Source: Myxococcota bacterium | GTDB taxonomy: Bacteria; Myxococcota_A; Polyangia; Nannocystales; Nannocystaceae | Direction of reading: 5' to 3' | DNA: 64,000 nucleotides | NCBI GenBank assembly: GCA_039028615.1 | Contig: JBCCHT010000056.1 | Span: 1-64,000 of the forward strand | In this document: positions 8,521 through 18,090 of the stretch, piece by piece | How positions within the stretch are numbered: the first letter of the stretch is position 1 | How the letters are laid out: each line of letters opens with the position of its first letter | Notes under the pieces: model-generated | Database searches by the model: none | Told to the model about the DNA's origin: nothing | The model's input: the letters and a program-made list of their open reading frames with translations, nothing else | Made by a program: the position numbers and the translations under genes

Positions 8521-9813
8521 ATGCAGCTACATACGAAGATCCTGCTGGGCCTGCTGGTCGGCGCCAGCATCGGCACCACGCTCAATGCCACGTTGGGGGG
8601 CGATCACGCCCTCATCGAAGGCCTCAACACCTACGTCGCGGGACCGGTGGGGCAGGTCTTCCTCCGGCTCCTGTTCATGGTCGTGATGCCCTTGGTCTTC
8701 GCCTCGATCGCCCTGGGGGTGACCGGCATCGGAGACGTCCGCCGAGTGGGCCGCATCGGCGGCAAGACCCTGCTGTATTTCCTGGGCACCACCGCGCTGT
8801 CGACCAGCCTCGGGCTGCTCATCGTCTATCCGATCCGCCCCGGCTCCACCATCACCCCGGAGATTCGGGACCAGCTCATGGCCACCTACGGGGGCGATGC
8901 CGCGAGCAAGCTGGCCGCCCCGGGGGCGGGAGAGTTCGGCGTCGATACCTTCGTCAACATCGTCAGCCGCAACCCCCTGCGCTCCGCCGTCGAGTTCGAC
9001 ATGCTCGGCGTCATCTTCTTCGCCCTGCTATTCGGGGCCGCGCTCACCATGATCGACAAGGAGCGCGCCAAGTCGATGATCAACGTGCTCGAGGCGCTCA
9101 ACGACGTCGTGATCACCATCGTGGGCATGGCCATGAAGCTCGCCCCCTGGGGCGTGGCCGGGCTCATCTTCGGCGTCACCTCGCGCTTCGGCGCCGTGCT
9201 GCTCGAGCCCCTGTCCATCTATATCGGCGTGGTGCTCGGAGCCCTAGGCCTGCACGTCGCCATCACCATGTCGCTCATCATCCGGTTCGGCATCGGCATG
9301 AGCCCGCTCAAGTTCTTCTCGCTGGTGCGGGCCTCGCTGGTCACCGCCTTCTCGACCTCGTCGAGCTCCGCCACCCTGCCCACCAACCTCAAGGTCGCCG
9401 CCGAGCGGCTCAAGGTCCCCCCGCAGGTCGGCGGCTTCGTGCTCCCGCTGGGCGCCACCATGTGCATGAACGGCACCTCGCTGTTCGAGGGCATCACCGT
9501 CATCTTCCTGTGCCAGGTCTTCGGCGTGGAGCTCACCCTCGGTCAGATGGCGGTCGTCATGGTCATGTCGGTCATCACCGCCGTCGGTGCGGCCGCGGTC
9601 CCCGGTGGCTCGCTTCCCCTGCTCGTCGGCATCCTGGCCATGTTCAGCGTGCCGGGTGAGGCCATCGCCATCGTGCTGGGCGTCGACCGCATCCTCGACA
9701 TGGCCCGTACCACGGTCAACGTGGTCGGCGACCTGACTGCGTCCGCCTTCATCGCCCGCTCGGAGGGCGTCTGGCGGCCGACCGATATCGACGCCGCCGA
9801 GGCGCCCGGCTGA
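8521..9813 (+). CDS. Dicarboxylate/amino acid:cation symporter (GltP/DctA family)
   Basis: AFSTSSSSATLP, LPLGATMCMNGT, GVDRILDMARTTVNVVGD. Confidence 0.93.
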   Translation: MQLHTKILLGLLVGASIGTTLNATLGGDHALIEGLNTYVAGPVGQVFLRLLFMVVMPLVFASIALGVTGIGDVRRVGRIGGKTLLYFLGTTALSTSLGLLIVYPIRPGSTITPEIRDQLMATYGGDAASKLAAPGAGEFGVDTFVNIVSRNPLRSAVEFDMLGVIFFALLFGAALTMIDKERAKSMINVLEALNDVVITIVGMAMKLAPWGVAGLIFGVTSRFGAVLLEPLSIYIGVVLGALGLHVAITMSLIIRFGIGMSPLKFFSLVRASLVTAFSTSSSSATLPTNLKVAAERLKVPPQVGGFVLPLGATMCMNGTSLFEGITVIFLCQVFGVELTLGQMAVVMVMSVITAVGAAAVPGGSLPLLVGILAMFSVPGEAIAIVLGVDRILDMARTTVNVVGDLTASAFIARSEGVWRPTDIDAAEAPG

Positions 9814-9849
9814 GCCCGAGCGCCTTGGGCTTGCGCCGCGAAGCTCGTG

Positions 9850-10728
9850 CTACGGCGGCAGGGCGCAGACACCCACGTCGCTCCACGTGGGGTCGGGCGA
9901 CATCCAGTCGACGCAGGCCATGGCCGGGTCGATGGCCTGACACGCGGCGTCGCCTTCGGAGAGGCTGCAGTACGAGGTGCAGCACGACAAGACCCCGTCA
10001 CAGCCCGGCACACGGTCGGCGTTGACACAGACCAAGCCAGCTTCGCAGTCGTTGGCCAGACCGCACGCCTCAAAGGGACCCAGGGCGTCCTCGGGCGGCG
10101 GCGGCACACAGATGAAGCCGCTCTGCCCCGAGGGCGTGGGCGAGTCGGGAATGCAGTGCCAGCTGCTGGGCGAGCAGTCTTGCAGCAAGGGATCGCAGCG
10201 GTCCATGCACAGCGGCACGGTGAACGCCCCGGGGATCAGCTCGAAGAACGACTTGCAGGTCCCTTGACCGTCGTTGCAGCTCGGCAGCCCCGGATCGCAG
10301 AAGGAACGGCAGAAGCCTCCGAGCGAATCGGGGTTGTCGACCAGGCACATCGTGCCCGCCTCGCAGCTGTCGAGGCAGCTGCCGTCGTACTCCTCGACGG
10401 TGCACTCTTCTCCGTCGAGATCGGGATTTTCTTGCAGTGTGCAGCAGCGCGCTTCGTCGGGGATGCGGTCGGCTTGCTCGGACCAGGGCATGCACTTGAA
10501 GGGCAGCTCGCAGTCGTTGTCCTCGAGGATGCACTGCGCTCCGTCGACCCCGTTCTCGCCTCCAGTGGTGGAGTCGGCCCCCGTGGTGGTGTCCGGGCTC
10601 GCGACGCTGGTGGTCGTTTGAGCCGTCGTCCCCCCGCTGGTGCTGTCTGTGCCCCCACCGCTACCGTCGTCACCACAGCCCCCCGCCAGGAGGCCTACTA
10701 CGCAAGAGATCGAGGCCAAACGCCGCAT
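9850..10728 (-). CDS. Cys-rich myxobacterial lipoprotein
   Basis: Lipobox LAGGC, Ser/Thr/Gly linker, >20 Cys, ends CCTSYC...VGVCALPP. Confidence 0.8.
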   Translation of the reverse strand: MRRLASISCVVGLLAGGCGDDGSGGGTDSTSGGTTAQTTTSVASPDTTTGADSTTGGENGVDGAQCILEDNDCELPFKCMPWSEQADRIPDEARCCTLQENPDLDGEECTVEEYDGSCLDSCEAGTMCLVDNPDSLGGFCRSFCDPGLPSCNDGQGTCKSFFELIPGAFTVPLCMDRCDPLLQDCSPSSWHCIPDSPTPSGQSGFICVPPPPEDALGPFEACGLANDCEAGLVCVNADRVPGCDGVLSCCTSYCSLSEGDAACQAIDPAMACVDWMSPDPTWSDVGVCALPP

Positions 10729-10825
10729 AGGTCTCGCAGTCTAGCACCCCCGCGGTTTGCCCCGTTGTAAGTAGCGACTTTTATTGGATGTTGATCGGAG
10801 CGGCGCAGCTACCTGCCTTCGATGG

Positions 10826-10865
10826 CTCCACGGGCGCCACCACACCGAAGTGGTGACGCCTGGAG
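10826..10865. terminator. Imperfect stem-loop downstream of the carboxypeptidase gene (possible terminator)
   Basis: CTCCA..GGCG.CACCAC / GTGGTG..CGCC.TGGAG; no clear U-tract. Confidence 0.3.
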
Positions 10866-10905
10866 ACACGAGTAAGGGAAACGACCCGGGTACGAGCCAC
10901 GAACG

Positions 10906-12030
10906 TCAGCGCAGTCGATCGAACACGACCCGCAGTGCATCGAGTTGTGCGTGGCCGAACTTGCGGGCTCGCTCGGGCGACCAGCCGTCCTCGTGTGGCG
11001 TATCGGCGGTGTCCTTGAAGGGCTGCTCGAGCGTCATCGACAGGCACCGAAACTCCTCGCCCACCCAGTTGGACGCCATGGTCATGTTGGCTTCACCCTT
11101 CGCATCTACGGGATAGCCGTGCGTGGTCTGGAAGTCCGGGCTCGCCGCGAGTAGGGCGTCGAGGAACACCTGCTGGCGTGCCGCGTCGGTCTCGGTCCAC
11201 GAGGCAATGCCCTCCGCCCCCGAGATGAAGTTGTAGGGCAGCGCCTCGTCGCCGTGGATGTCGAGGAAGAAATCCACGCCGGTCTGCTGCATCTTTTCCC
11301 GCACGAGGAAGACCTCGGGGCTGCGGTCCATGCTGGGCGTCTGCCATTCTCGGTTGAGGTTCGAGCCGCTGGCGTTGTTGCGCAGGTGTCCCCGGGCCGC
11401 GCCATCGGGGTTCATGTTGGGGACCACGTAGAACACGGCCCGCTCCCGCAGCCACCGCGCAATCGCGTCGTCGCTGTCGAGGAGGCGCTCGAGCAAGCCT
11501 TCCACGAGCCACTCGGCCATCGACTCCCCCGGGTGCTGGCGCGCGATCAGCCAGCACACCCGCTTGCCTTCACCCGGGGCGCCGATCTGCAGCAGGTCGA
11601 GGTCGCGACCGTCGACCGTCGCGCCGAGGCGTGCGTACGACACCCCCGGCATCGATGACGCCTCCGCCACGAGATCCAGGTGACGCTCGTGCGAGTAGGG
11701 CGCGAAGTAGGCGTAGTAGACCGTGTCCAGCTGCGGCGCGTGCTCGATGACCAGCTCGCCTTTGTCGTAGCTGGCGGGCACGCGGAACCAGTGCTGACGG
11801 TCGTAGGATGCACAGGCGCGGTAGTTCTCCCACCCTTCGGGGTAGCTCACCTTGTCGGCGTTCGTCACCCGCATGCGCAGCGCCTCGCCGGACGCTCCCG
11901 TGACCCGGAAATGAAACCACTGGAAATGGTCCTCGCCCGCGTCGGGCCGAATCTCGAGCTGGATGTTGGAGGGCGTCGAGGCATCGACCACCACGATGTT
12001 CCCTGAGTCGAACGCGCTACTGATGTGCAT
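10906..12030 (-). CDS. M14 zinc carboxypeptidase (cytosolic carboxypeptidase-like, with Pepdidase_M14_N)
   Basis: FDSGNI, YFAPYS, ARQHPGE, NPDG, NLNREW, DIHGDE, TLEQPFKD. Confidence 0.93.
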   Translation of the reverse strand: MHISSAFDSGNIVVVDASTPSNIQLEIRPDAGEDHFQWFHFRVTGASGEALRMRVTNADKVSYPEGWENYRACASYDRQHWFRVPASYDKGELVIEHAPQLDTVYYAYFAPYSHERHLDLVAEASSMPGVSYARLGATVDGRDLDLLQIGAPGEGKRVCWLIARQHPGESMAEWLVEGLLERLLDSDDAIARWLRERAVFYVVPNMNPDGAARGHLRNNASGSNLNREWQTPSMDRSPEVFLVREKMQQTGVDFFLDIHGDEALPYNFISGAEGIASWTETDAARQQVFLDALLAASPDFQTTHGYPVDAKGEANMTMASNWVGEEFRCLSMTLEQPFKDTADTPHEDGWSPERARKFGHAQLDALRVVFDRLR

Positions 12031-12372
12031 GGCGTGGCGACGCTACGGGGCCCCGCCGGCCACTGTCAATGCGCTGGCAACGCGAGTGCGCGCACGCGTA
12101 ACGACGAGTCGCCGCAGCCCGACTTCGACCCCGCGGAACGTCGCATCAGGACCATGACGTGTCACCACTTCAATCGACCATCGATAATTGAACACAAAAC
12201 CAAATCACCACACTCGGCGACATCACCACACTCGATCGTCGCCACTTCAATTCACCGACAATCAACACCTTCGCATCTTCACCATCTCGAGACCACGTCG
12301 TCTCGAAGGGCCTCGGTACCGACTTCGCCCACCGCCTTCGCGACCGGCCACGCGGGGCCCATCGCGTGCGCC

Positions 12373-13356
12373 TTAGACCGTAGCCAGCAGACCCTGGAGT
12401 GCTGCCTTCATGTGCAGCGCCGAATCGAAACGCTCGTCGAGTCGCTTGGCCGTGGCCTTGCGGATCAGCTCGTCGATGCCCTCCGCGAGCTGCGGCGGCG
12501 TCGAGGGATCGAGCCACGCACTCGGAGCCGGGACGGCCACCTCGCACTGCATGGCGAGCAGGTCCTCGGGGTCGGCATCGAGGTGTTCCTCGAAGGGATG
12601 ACGCCCGGTGATCGTCTCGAAGATCGTGACGCCCAGCGAGTAGACGTCGGCTCGATGATCGAAGGGCACACCCAGCATGGTCTGCTCGGGCGCCATGTAC
12701 CGGGGGTCACCGCTGATCTCTTGGGGCGGCGCGCCCTCGAGGCTACGGCACACGCCGAAGTCGATGAGCTTCACGATCACCAAGCGACGGTTGTAGGGGT
12801 CGCGGGTGATGAAGATGTTGTCCGGCTTGACGTCGCAGTGAACGATCTTGCGGGTGTGGATGTAGTCCAGGGCGTCGAGGACCTGGCTCATCATGTCCAC
12901 CATGAGCGGGAAGGTGACCGGCCGCCCGCGGTCGATGACCTCGCCGAGGTCGCGACCCCGCAGGTACTCCATGGTCAACCACTCGATGCCGAGTTCATCC
13001 GACTGCCCCACGTCGAGCACACGCGCGAGGTTGGGATGCGAGAAGTTGGCCGCGATCACGGCCTCTCGACGGAAGCGACGCTTGGCCGACTCGGGCACGT
13101 CGAGCTTGAGCACTTTGAGGGCGATGTATCGATCCATCCTCGCGTCGTAGGCGCGATAGACCTTGCCCATGCCGCCTTCGCCGACGCGGTCGACGATGTC
13201 GTATTGCTGACGGTGCACGAGCTGCGATCCGGGCGCGAGCTCGGTGAGCTCATCGAGCTCCCGATCCTCGTAGTCCTGGAGCGACCGCGGCAGGCCAGGC
13301 AAAGTCGCCTGGTGAACCGAGCGCGGTGGTCGCACTGCACTCACGGGGGCGAGCAT
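12373..13356 (-). CDS. Hanks-type Ser/Thr protein kinase (kinase domain only)
   Basis: GEGGMGKVY, ALKVL, HCDVKPDN, DFG, YMAPEQ, DVYSLG; start uncertain. Confidence 0.9.
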   Translation of the reverse strand: MLAPVSAVRPPRSVHQATLPGLPRSLQDYEDRELDELTELAPGSQLVHRQQYDIVDRVGEGGMGKVYRAYDARMDRYIALKVLKLDVPESAKRRFRREAVIAANFSHPNLARVLDVGQSDELGIEWLTMEYLRGRDLGEVIDRGRPVTFPLMVDMMSQVLDALDYIHTRKIVHCDVKPDNIFITRDPYNRRLVIVKLIDFGVCRSLEGAPPQEISGDPRYMAPEQTMLGVPFDHRADVYSLGVTIFETITGRHPFEEHLDADPEDLLAMQCEVAVPAPSAWLDPSTPPQLAEGIDELIRKATAKRLDERFDSALHMKAALQGLLATV

Positions 13357-13449
13357 AGGACGAAAACTGCCCAGAACCGTAGTTCTCACGGATTCCGCCG
13401 CGGAGCGCCCATCCCGCGGAGGTGGGTGAGTCTGCTACTGTGATGGCCC

Positions 13450-13965
13450 GTGCCCGCTCGCCTCTCCAAATACGCCTCTCGCTGCACCATCGCGGCCCTG
13501 GTGGGTCTGTGGGTGGGCTGTCAGCCGCCGGCTCCGACCGATGACGACGGCGCGGCCACGAGCGGCACGACCACCGCGGGGACCACGGAGCCCTTTGCCA
13601 CCACCTTCGCCGCGCCTGATGCGTGCAAGTCGAGCAACGACTGCGGCGAAGACGAGCACTGCGTCGCCCCCTACGATCCCGCCTCCGAGCCCCCCATGGG
13701 TCCGTCGGCGTGCGTCTCGGTGTGCATCGAGGCCAACGACCTGACGCGCTGGTGCCTCGACGACGCGGGGTGCTGCGGCGACCTGCAGTGCAACCAAGTC
13801 GACGGGTTCTGCGAGGCCTCCTCGCTCGACGGCACGAGCAGCGACGGCGCCGTCCCGACCAGCAGCTCCGACGGCACGGGCAGCGACTCCGGCACGAGTG
13901 ACTCGGGCAGCGGCGACACCGACGGCGGAAGCTCGAGCGGCGGAAGCTCGACCTCGGGCCGCTAG
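13450..13965 (+). CDS. Small Cys-rich lipoprotein with Ser/Gly/Thr tail
   Basis: Signal ending LWVGC; 9 further Cys; low-complexity C-terminus. Confidence 0.7.
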   Translation: MPARLSKYASRCTIAALVGLWVGCQPPAPTDDDGAATSGTTTAGTTEPFATTFAAPDACKSSNDCGEDEHCVAPYDPASEPPMGPSACVSVCIEANDLTRWCLDDAGCCGDLQCNQVDGFCEASSLDGTSSDGAVPTSSSDGTGSDSGTSDSGSGDTDGGSSSGGSSTSGR

Positions 13966-14579
13966 CCGACGCGGTAGTTGTGGGCCAGGCGGGTGTACTT
14001 GCCGGCCAAGCGGCGATGAAAGTCTTCGTCGGAGGCGGAAAGCGTGCGGACGATCTTGCCCGGCGTGCCGAGGACCAAGCTATGCGGCGGTATCTCGCGC
14101 CCGGCCGGCACCAGGGTCCCCGCCCCGATGATGCATCCCTCTCCGATCGTCACGCCGTCGAGCACCGTCGCCTGGATTCCGACCAAGGTCCCGCCGCCGA
14201 TGGTGCAGCCGTGGATCACCGCTCGGTGTCCGACCACGACGTCCTCGCCCACGAAGGTCCCGTCTTCGTCACCGAGGTGCACCACGGTGCCGTCTTGGAG
14301 GTTGCTGCCCTCACGGATCTCGATGCGGTTGACGTCGCCCCGCAGCACACAGCCAAACCACACGCTGGTCTTGGAGCGCAGCTCCACATCGCCCATCACC
14401 ACCGCGCCCGCGGCCACGAAGGCGTCCTCGGCGATCTGGGGCACTCGGTCGAGGTAGCGACCGATGATGGCTCCGGGCGAGCGCTCTCGCAGTGCGGCGA
14501 GGTGCTGCTCCAAGGCCTCCCGCTGCGCCGGAGGACCCTCAACCTTCGCTACGGAGTCGACGACCGTCCGCGATGCCAT
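13962..14579 (-). CDS. Gamma-carbonic anhydrase family (hexapeptide repeat) protein
   Basis: VLRGDVNRIEI, SNLQDGTVVH, VGHRAVIHGCTI (three His ligands). Confidence 0.9.
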   Translation of the reverse strand: MASRTVVDSVAKVEGPPAQREALEQHLAALRERSPGAIIGRYLDRVPQIAEDAFVAAGAVVMGDVELRSKTSVWFGCVLRGDVNRIEIREGSNLQDGTVVHLGDEDGTFVGEDVVVGHRAVIHGCTIGGGTLVGIQATVLDGVTIGEGCIIGAGTLVPAGREIPPHSLVLGTPGKIVRTLSASDEDFHRRLAGKYTRLAHNYRVG

Positions 14580-14657
14580 GCCGGCACCATAACAAGCCCG
14601 CGTCCCGACGCAGGGGTCCCAAACTGAACGTCGGGGGTTACCCGGAGATGCGGCGCT

Positions 14658-16103
14658 TCAGCCGTCGCGGCGCGCGTATGCATTCCCCGCTACACACTCG
14701 GTCTCGTGCGGCCCACAACGGAAACGAACGTGGATATGCGCTTCGTGTCCGTCGACGTGGCGGATCAGGCCGCTCTTGGCGGATTCCCCCCGGGGCCACT
14801 GGATCATGCGACGCCGAACATCCTTGTCGATGCCCATGTCTGCCGCCGCCTTGTGCAGCGACTTCTGCAGCTCGTAGTCGAGGAAGATGATCAACACCTC
14901 TCCCGTATCGGCGAGCGCGGCGACCAGGGTCCACAGCGCTTTGTAGTCCACACGCCAGGGCTTGATCGGGAACCAGGGCGGATGCTCGGTGGACAGCGGC
15001 AGGCGGATGTCGATGTCGCGACCGGACTGGTGCGAAAGATGCCCGTCGAGCTTCCCGCCGTGACGACGACTCATGGAGCCGAGCAACAAGTCGCGCTCGT
15101 AGCCGCTGGTACGATGAAATTCCTGCATCGCCGCGATGAGGTGGGTGACCGCATGCGTGGTGCCGTACGAGGAAGGAATCCGCTTGCGACGCCAGCCCTC
15201 GCCCGGCGGAATCTGCACGCCGTTGATGAGTCGGCCATTGGACGTCGGACCGATGCTCACTGCGCCGCGACGAATGTTGGACAGCAGATCCTCGTCGTCG
15301 ATGGCGGGGCGATCGGTCTGGACCCAGTTGTACACGGCGGGGTCGACCCATAGGTTGAGCTCTTCGCCCACCGTCAGGCGCTTCGACGCCTGCCAGTTGG
15401 ACGCGCGCAAGACCTTGGAGTCGATCGCGTAGGCGACGGCGATGCTCCACCAGGTGTCGCCCGGCTGCACCGTGTACTTGAACTTCTGTCGTGGCGGCGG
15501 CACCCGTCGGGCCTTGAGCTTGAGCCGCGAGCCGGGCTTGAGCTTCTGGACGTCGGGCCCGAGGCCGTTCCAGGTCCGCACCGTGGTCGGCTTGACGTCG
15601 TGTCGGTAGGCGACCTGATCGACGGTCTCGAAGGGCGCGAGCTTGTGCAGGACCCAGGGTCGATCGCCGTCGACGAACTCGATGTCGACCAAGTCGAGCT
15701 CGAGCGGCTCGTTGGCGGGCACCTTGACCGGCTCCTTCGGCTCGACCGCGGGCGCGCGCTCGATGGCGTCGTCGGGATCCTCGGGCGCGGGCTCTTCGAC
15801 GTCACCGACGGGAATCTCGGGCTCGATCTCCGACCCGGCGGCAGCGACCGCGACCTCCCCGCCTTCACCCGACTCGGGCTCGGGCTCGGGCTCCACCGAC
15901 TCGGCCTCGGGCTCGGGCTCCCCGTCGGCGTGCACGGTGGCGGACGAGACGGCCTTGGCCGCCTGCGTGGCGCGGGGACTGACGAACAGGGCCGTGGCCA
16001 CGCCTCCACCCGCCGCCAACAGGACGATGAAGACCACCGCGACCAGCGACATTCGACGACCGCGCTTGCGTCGTCGCTTTGGGCCTGGGCGCCGTGGAGC
16101 CAC
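14658..16103 (-). CDS. Membrane-anchored LysM-domain penicillin-insensitive murein endopeptidase (MepA/M74-like)
   Basis: N-terminal TM, acidic linker, LysM (YTVQPGDTWWSIA), HLSHQSGRDIDI and HEAHIHVR. Confidence 0.85.
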   Translation of the reverse strand: MAPRRPGPKRRRKRGRRMSLVAVVFIVLLAAGGGVATALFVSPRATQAAKAVSSATVHADGEPEPEAESVEPEPEPESGEGGEVAVAAAGSEIEPEIPVGDVEEPAPEDPDDAIERAPAVEPKEPVKVPANEPLELDLVDIEFVDGDRPWVLHKLAPFETVDQVAYRHDVKPTTVRTWNGLGPDVQKLKPGSRLKLKARRVPPPRQKFKYTVQPGDTWWSIAVAYAIDSKVLRASNWQASKRLTVGEELNLWVDPAVYNWVQTDRPAIDDEDLLSNIRRGAVSIGPTSNGRLINGVQIPPGEGWRRKRIPSSYGTTHAVTHLIAAMQEFHRTSGYERDLLLGSMSRRHGGKLDGHLSHQSGRDIDIRLPLSTEHPPWFPIKPWRVDYKALWTLVAALADTGEVLIIFLDYELQKSLHKAAADMGIDKDVRRRMIQWPRGESAKSGLIRHVDGHEAHIHVRFRCGPHETECVAGNAYARRDG

Positions 16104-16138
16104 CGAGGCCCAGTGTAGACCACCCGCGGCGGGCTCGC

Positions 16139-18079
16139 TCAGAACTGGCCGGCGACCTTGAAGAACGCGATCGAGGAGCCGGCTGCGGCCTGCCCAAACT
16201 TCGTCTTCGAGCCGCCCAGCATGAAGAAACTGCCCATTTCGAGCGTGACGCTTCCCCAGGGCGGCACCACGATGAGCTCGGGAAAGAGCACGTAGGAGCC
16301 CTCGTCGCCGCGGCCGGTGGGCAAATCGACCACCCCGAACATGCGGAAGATGAGGTGCCGACCAAAGAAGATGAGGTCGGTCCCGCCCACGATGTAGTTG
16401 CCGATGTGGTCGGCCCCGTACTCGTCGATGAATCCGCGCAGGTACTGGCCCTGGACGTACACGTGCTCGCCGAAGCTGTAGTCGAGACCGGCGGTGGCCT
16501 TGACGTAGGGCGTGCTGCGAATGGTCGGACCGGAGATCGACGACACCCGGTTGTTGATCCCGTCGTCGGGGGTCACGTCGAAGAGGATGGGGAAGCCGAT
16601 CCGTATCGAGTTCGCCTGCGGCACGAAGAGCCCGCCCTCACCCCACAGGCCCATGTCGCCGAGGAAGGGCAGCTGGGTGGCGAAGTCCGCCCCGATGACC
16701 TGCATGCGCGGATACACCAGGGTGACGTGCGAGGTGTAGCAACACTCGGGCGAGTCCTCGGGCAGCTCGAGCTCGCCCTCGGGGCGCTCCTTCGTGCCCG
16801 CCTCGGCCAGCACGGGCAGCGGGATGTCGTGACGCCCGTTGTAGTAGGAGATCGACATGTCGACGCCGCCGAGCGTCGTGCCGAGCTTGACCGCGCTCTG
16901 ACCGTTGGAGAAGCGAGCCCGCGGCACCTTGACCGAGGTGGTCACGGTGGGGATGAGGCTGGTGTTGACGTTGAGGAAGTCCTGCAGCTCGCCGAGCTGG
17001 TTGACGTCTTCCTGCCGGGCGAAGGGCACCTGCGCCTGCGGGTCCTTGAGCGCCGCCGCGGCCGAGGGCGGCAGCAAGGCCGGGTAGAAGATCGGCACGT
17101 ACACGCCCTGGAACCACAGCCGATCGCCCAGCGGCGCATAGTCGACCACCAGCATCTGGTTGGCGATCGGCTCGGTGAACAGCGGACGGTCTTCGAGGTC
17201 GTCGGGGTTGATGTTGTTGGTGGGATTGAACTTGTCCGCAGAACCCCAGACCAGCGTCTGCCGACCGATCTTGATGTCGAGGTTCGGCAGCACATCGTTG
17301 AGCGCGACATAGGCCGCGTCACTCTCGATGTGGAAGGGCGTCAGCATCTGCCGCGTGGCGAGATCGTCGAGTTCTTGGGTCTGGGCCACGCCCATGAACA
17401 CGGGCTCCACGTCGCCGACGATCTGCAGGTGCTCGTTGGGCGTATACGAGAAGTAGAACTCGAGGCGGTTCTCGTTGCGGCCGAAGCCGTGACGCTCGAC
17501 TCGCGCGGTGTCGTAGTAGACGCTGCTGACGATCCGAATGCGGGTGTCGAGCGCGTCGCGAAAGCGGGCACGTCGATCGGAAGGCCCCGCCGCACGCGGC
17601 TGCGATGGCGAGTCGGTCGAGGCGTCGGGCTCTTCGCCCTTCTCCGAGATCACGGTGACGTCGGTGTGGTCCTCGGAGGTTCCGAAGATGTCATCGAGGC
17701 CAACCTCGCCCGGCTCATCGGCGGCTTCGGTGGCGGGCTCGGTCGTCGTGGCTTCGGCGGTGGAGGGCTCGGGCTCCTCGGCGGGAGGCGATGCCGTCTC
17801 GGTCTCCGACGAAGGCTCCGCCGCGGACTCGGTGCCCGCACCTTCCTCCGCGGACGACGTTCCTTCGCCGGTCTGCGGCGACGCTTCGTCCTCGGGAGCC
17901 GCGGGCTCGGTGGCGTCGGGATCGGTCGGCTCGGCCTGTGCGGGGCCCACCCGCGTCGCCGACGAATGCAGTACGGAACCAAAGCTCAACCCCGGATCCG
18001 CGGCCGGCGAAACGGCGCCACGGGAGCCCGGGGTTGGGAACGATGCGAGAGAAAGCGAGAGCAGCAGCAGAGCCGGCAC
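16139..18079 (-). CDS. Outer-membrane beta-barrel protein (DUF1302-like)
   Basis: Signal peptide, acidic linker, KIGRQTLVWGSAD..NPTNNINP motif, C-terminal Phe (KVAGQF). Confidence 0.7.
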   Translation of the reverse strand: MPALLLLSLSLASFPTPGSRGAVSPAADPGLSFGSVLHSSATRVGPAQAEPTDPDATEPAAPEDEASPQTGEGTSSAEEGAGTESAAEPSSETETASPPAEEPEPSTAEATTTEPATEAADEPGEVGLDDIFGTSEDHTDVTVISEKGEEPDASTDSPSQPRAAGPSDRRARFRDALDTRIRIVSSVYYDTARVERHGFGRNENRLEFYFSYTPNEHLQIVGDVEPVFMGVAQTQELDDLATRQMLTPFHIESDAAYVALNDVLPNLDIKIGRQTLVWGSADKFNPTNNINPDDLEDRPLFTEPIANQMLVVDYAPLGDRLWFQGVYVPIFYPALLPPSAAAALKDPQAQVPFARQEDVNQLGELQDFLNVNTSLIPTVTTSVKVPRARFSNGQSAVKLGTTLGGVDMSISYYNGRHDIPLPVLAEAGTKERPEGELELPEDSPECCYTSHVTLVYPRMQVIGADFATQLPFLGDMGLWGEGGLFVPQANSIRIGFPILFDVTPDDGINNRVSSISGPTIRSTPYVKATAGLDYSFGEHVYVQGQYLRGFIDEYGADHIGNYIVGGTDLIFFGRHLIFRMFGVVDLPTGRGDEGSYVLFPELIVVPPWGSVTLEMGSFFMLGGSKTKFGQAAAGSSIAFFKVAGQF

Positions 18080-18090
18080 GACGGCTCAGT

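Noticed and set aside
12075..12090. Sigma54-like TGGCAAC-GCGA-GTGCG
   Set aside because: Several mismatches to the consensus, and no plus-strand gene downstream.
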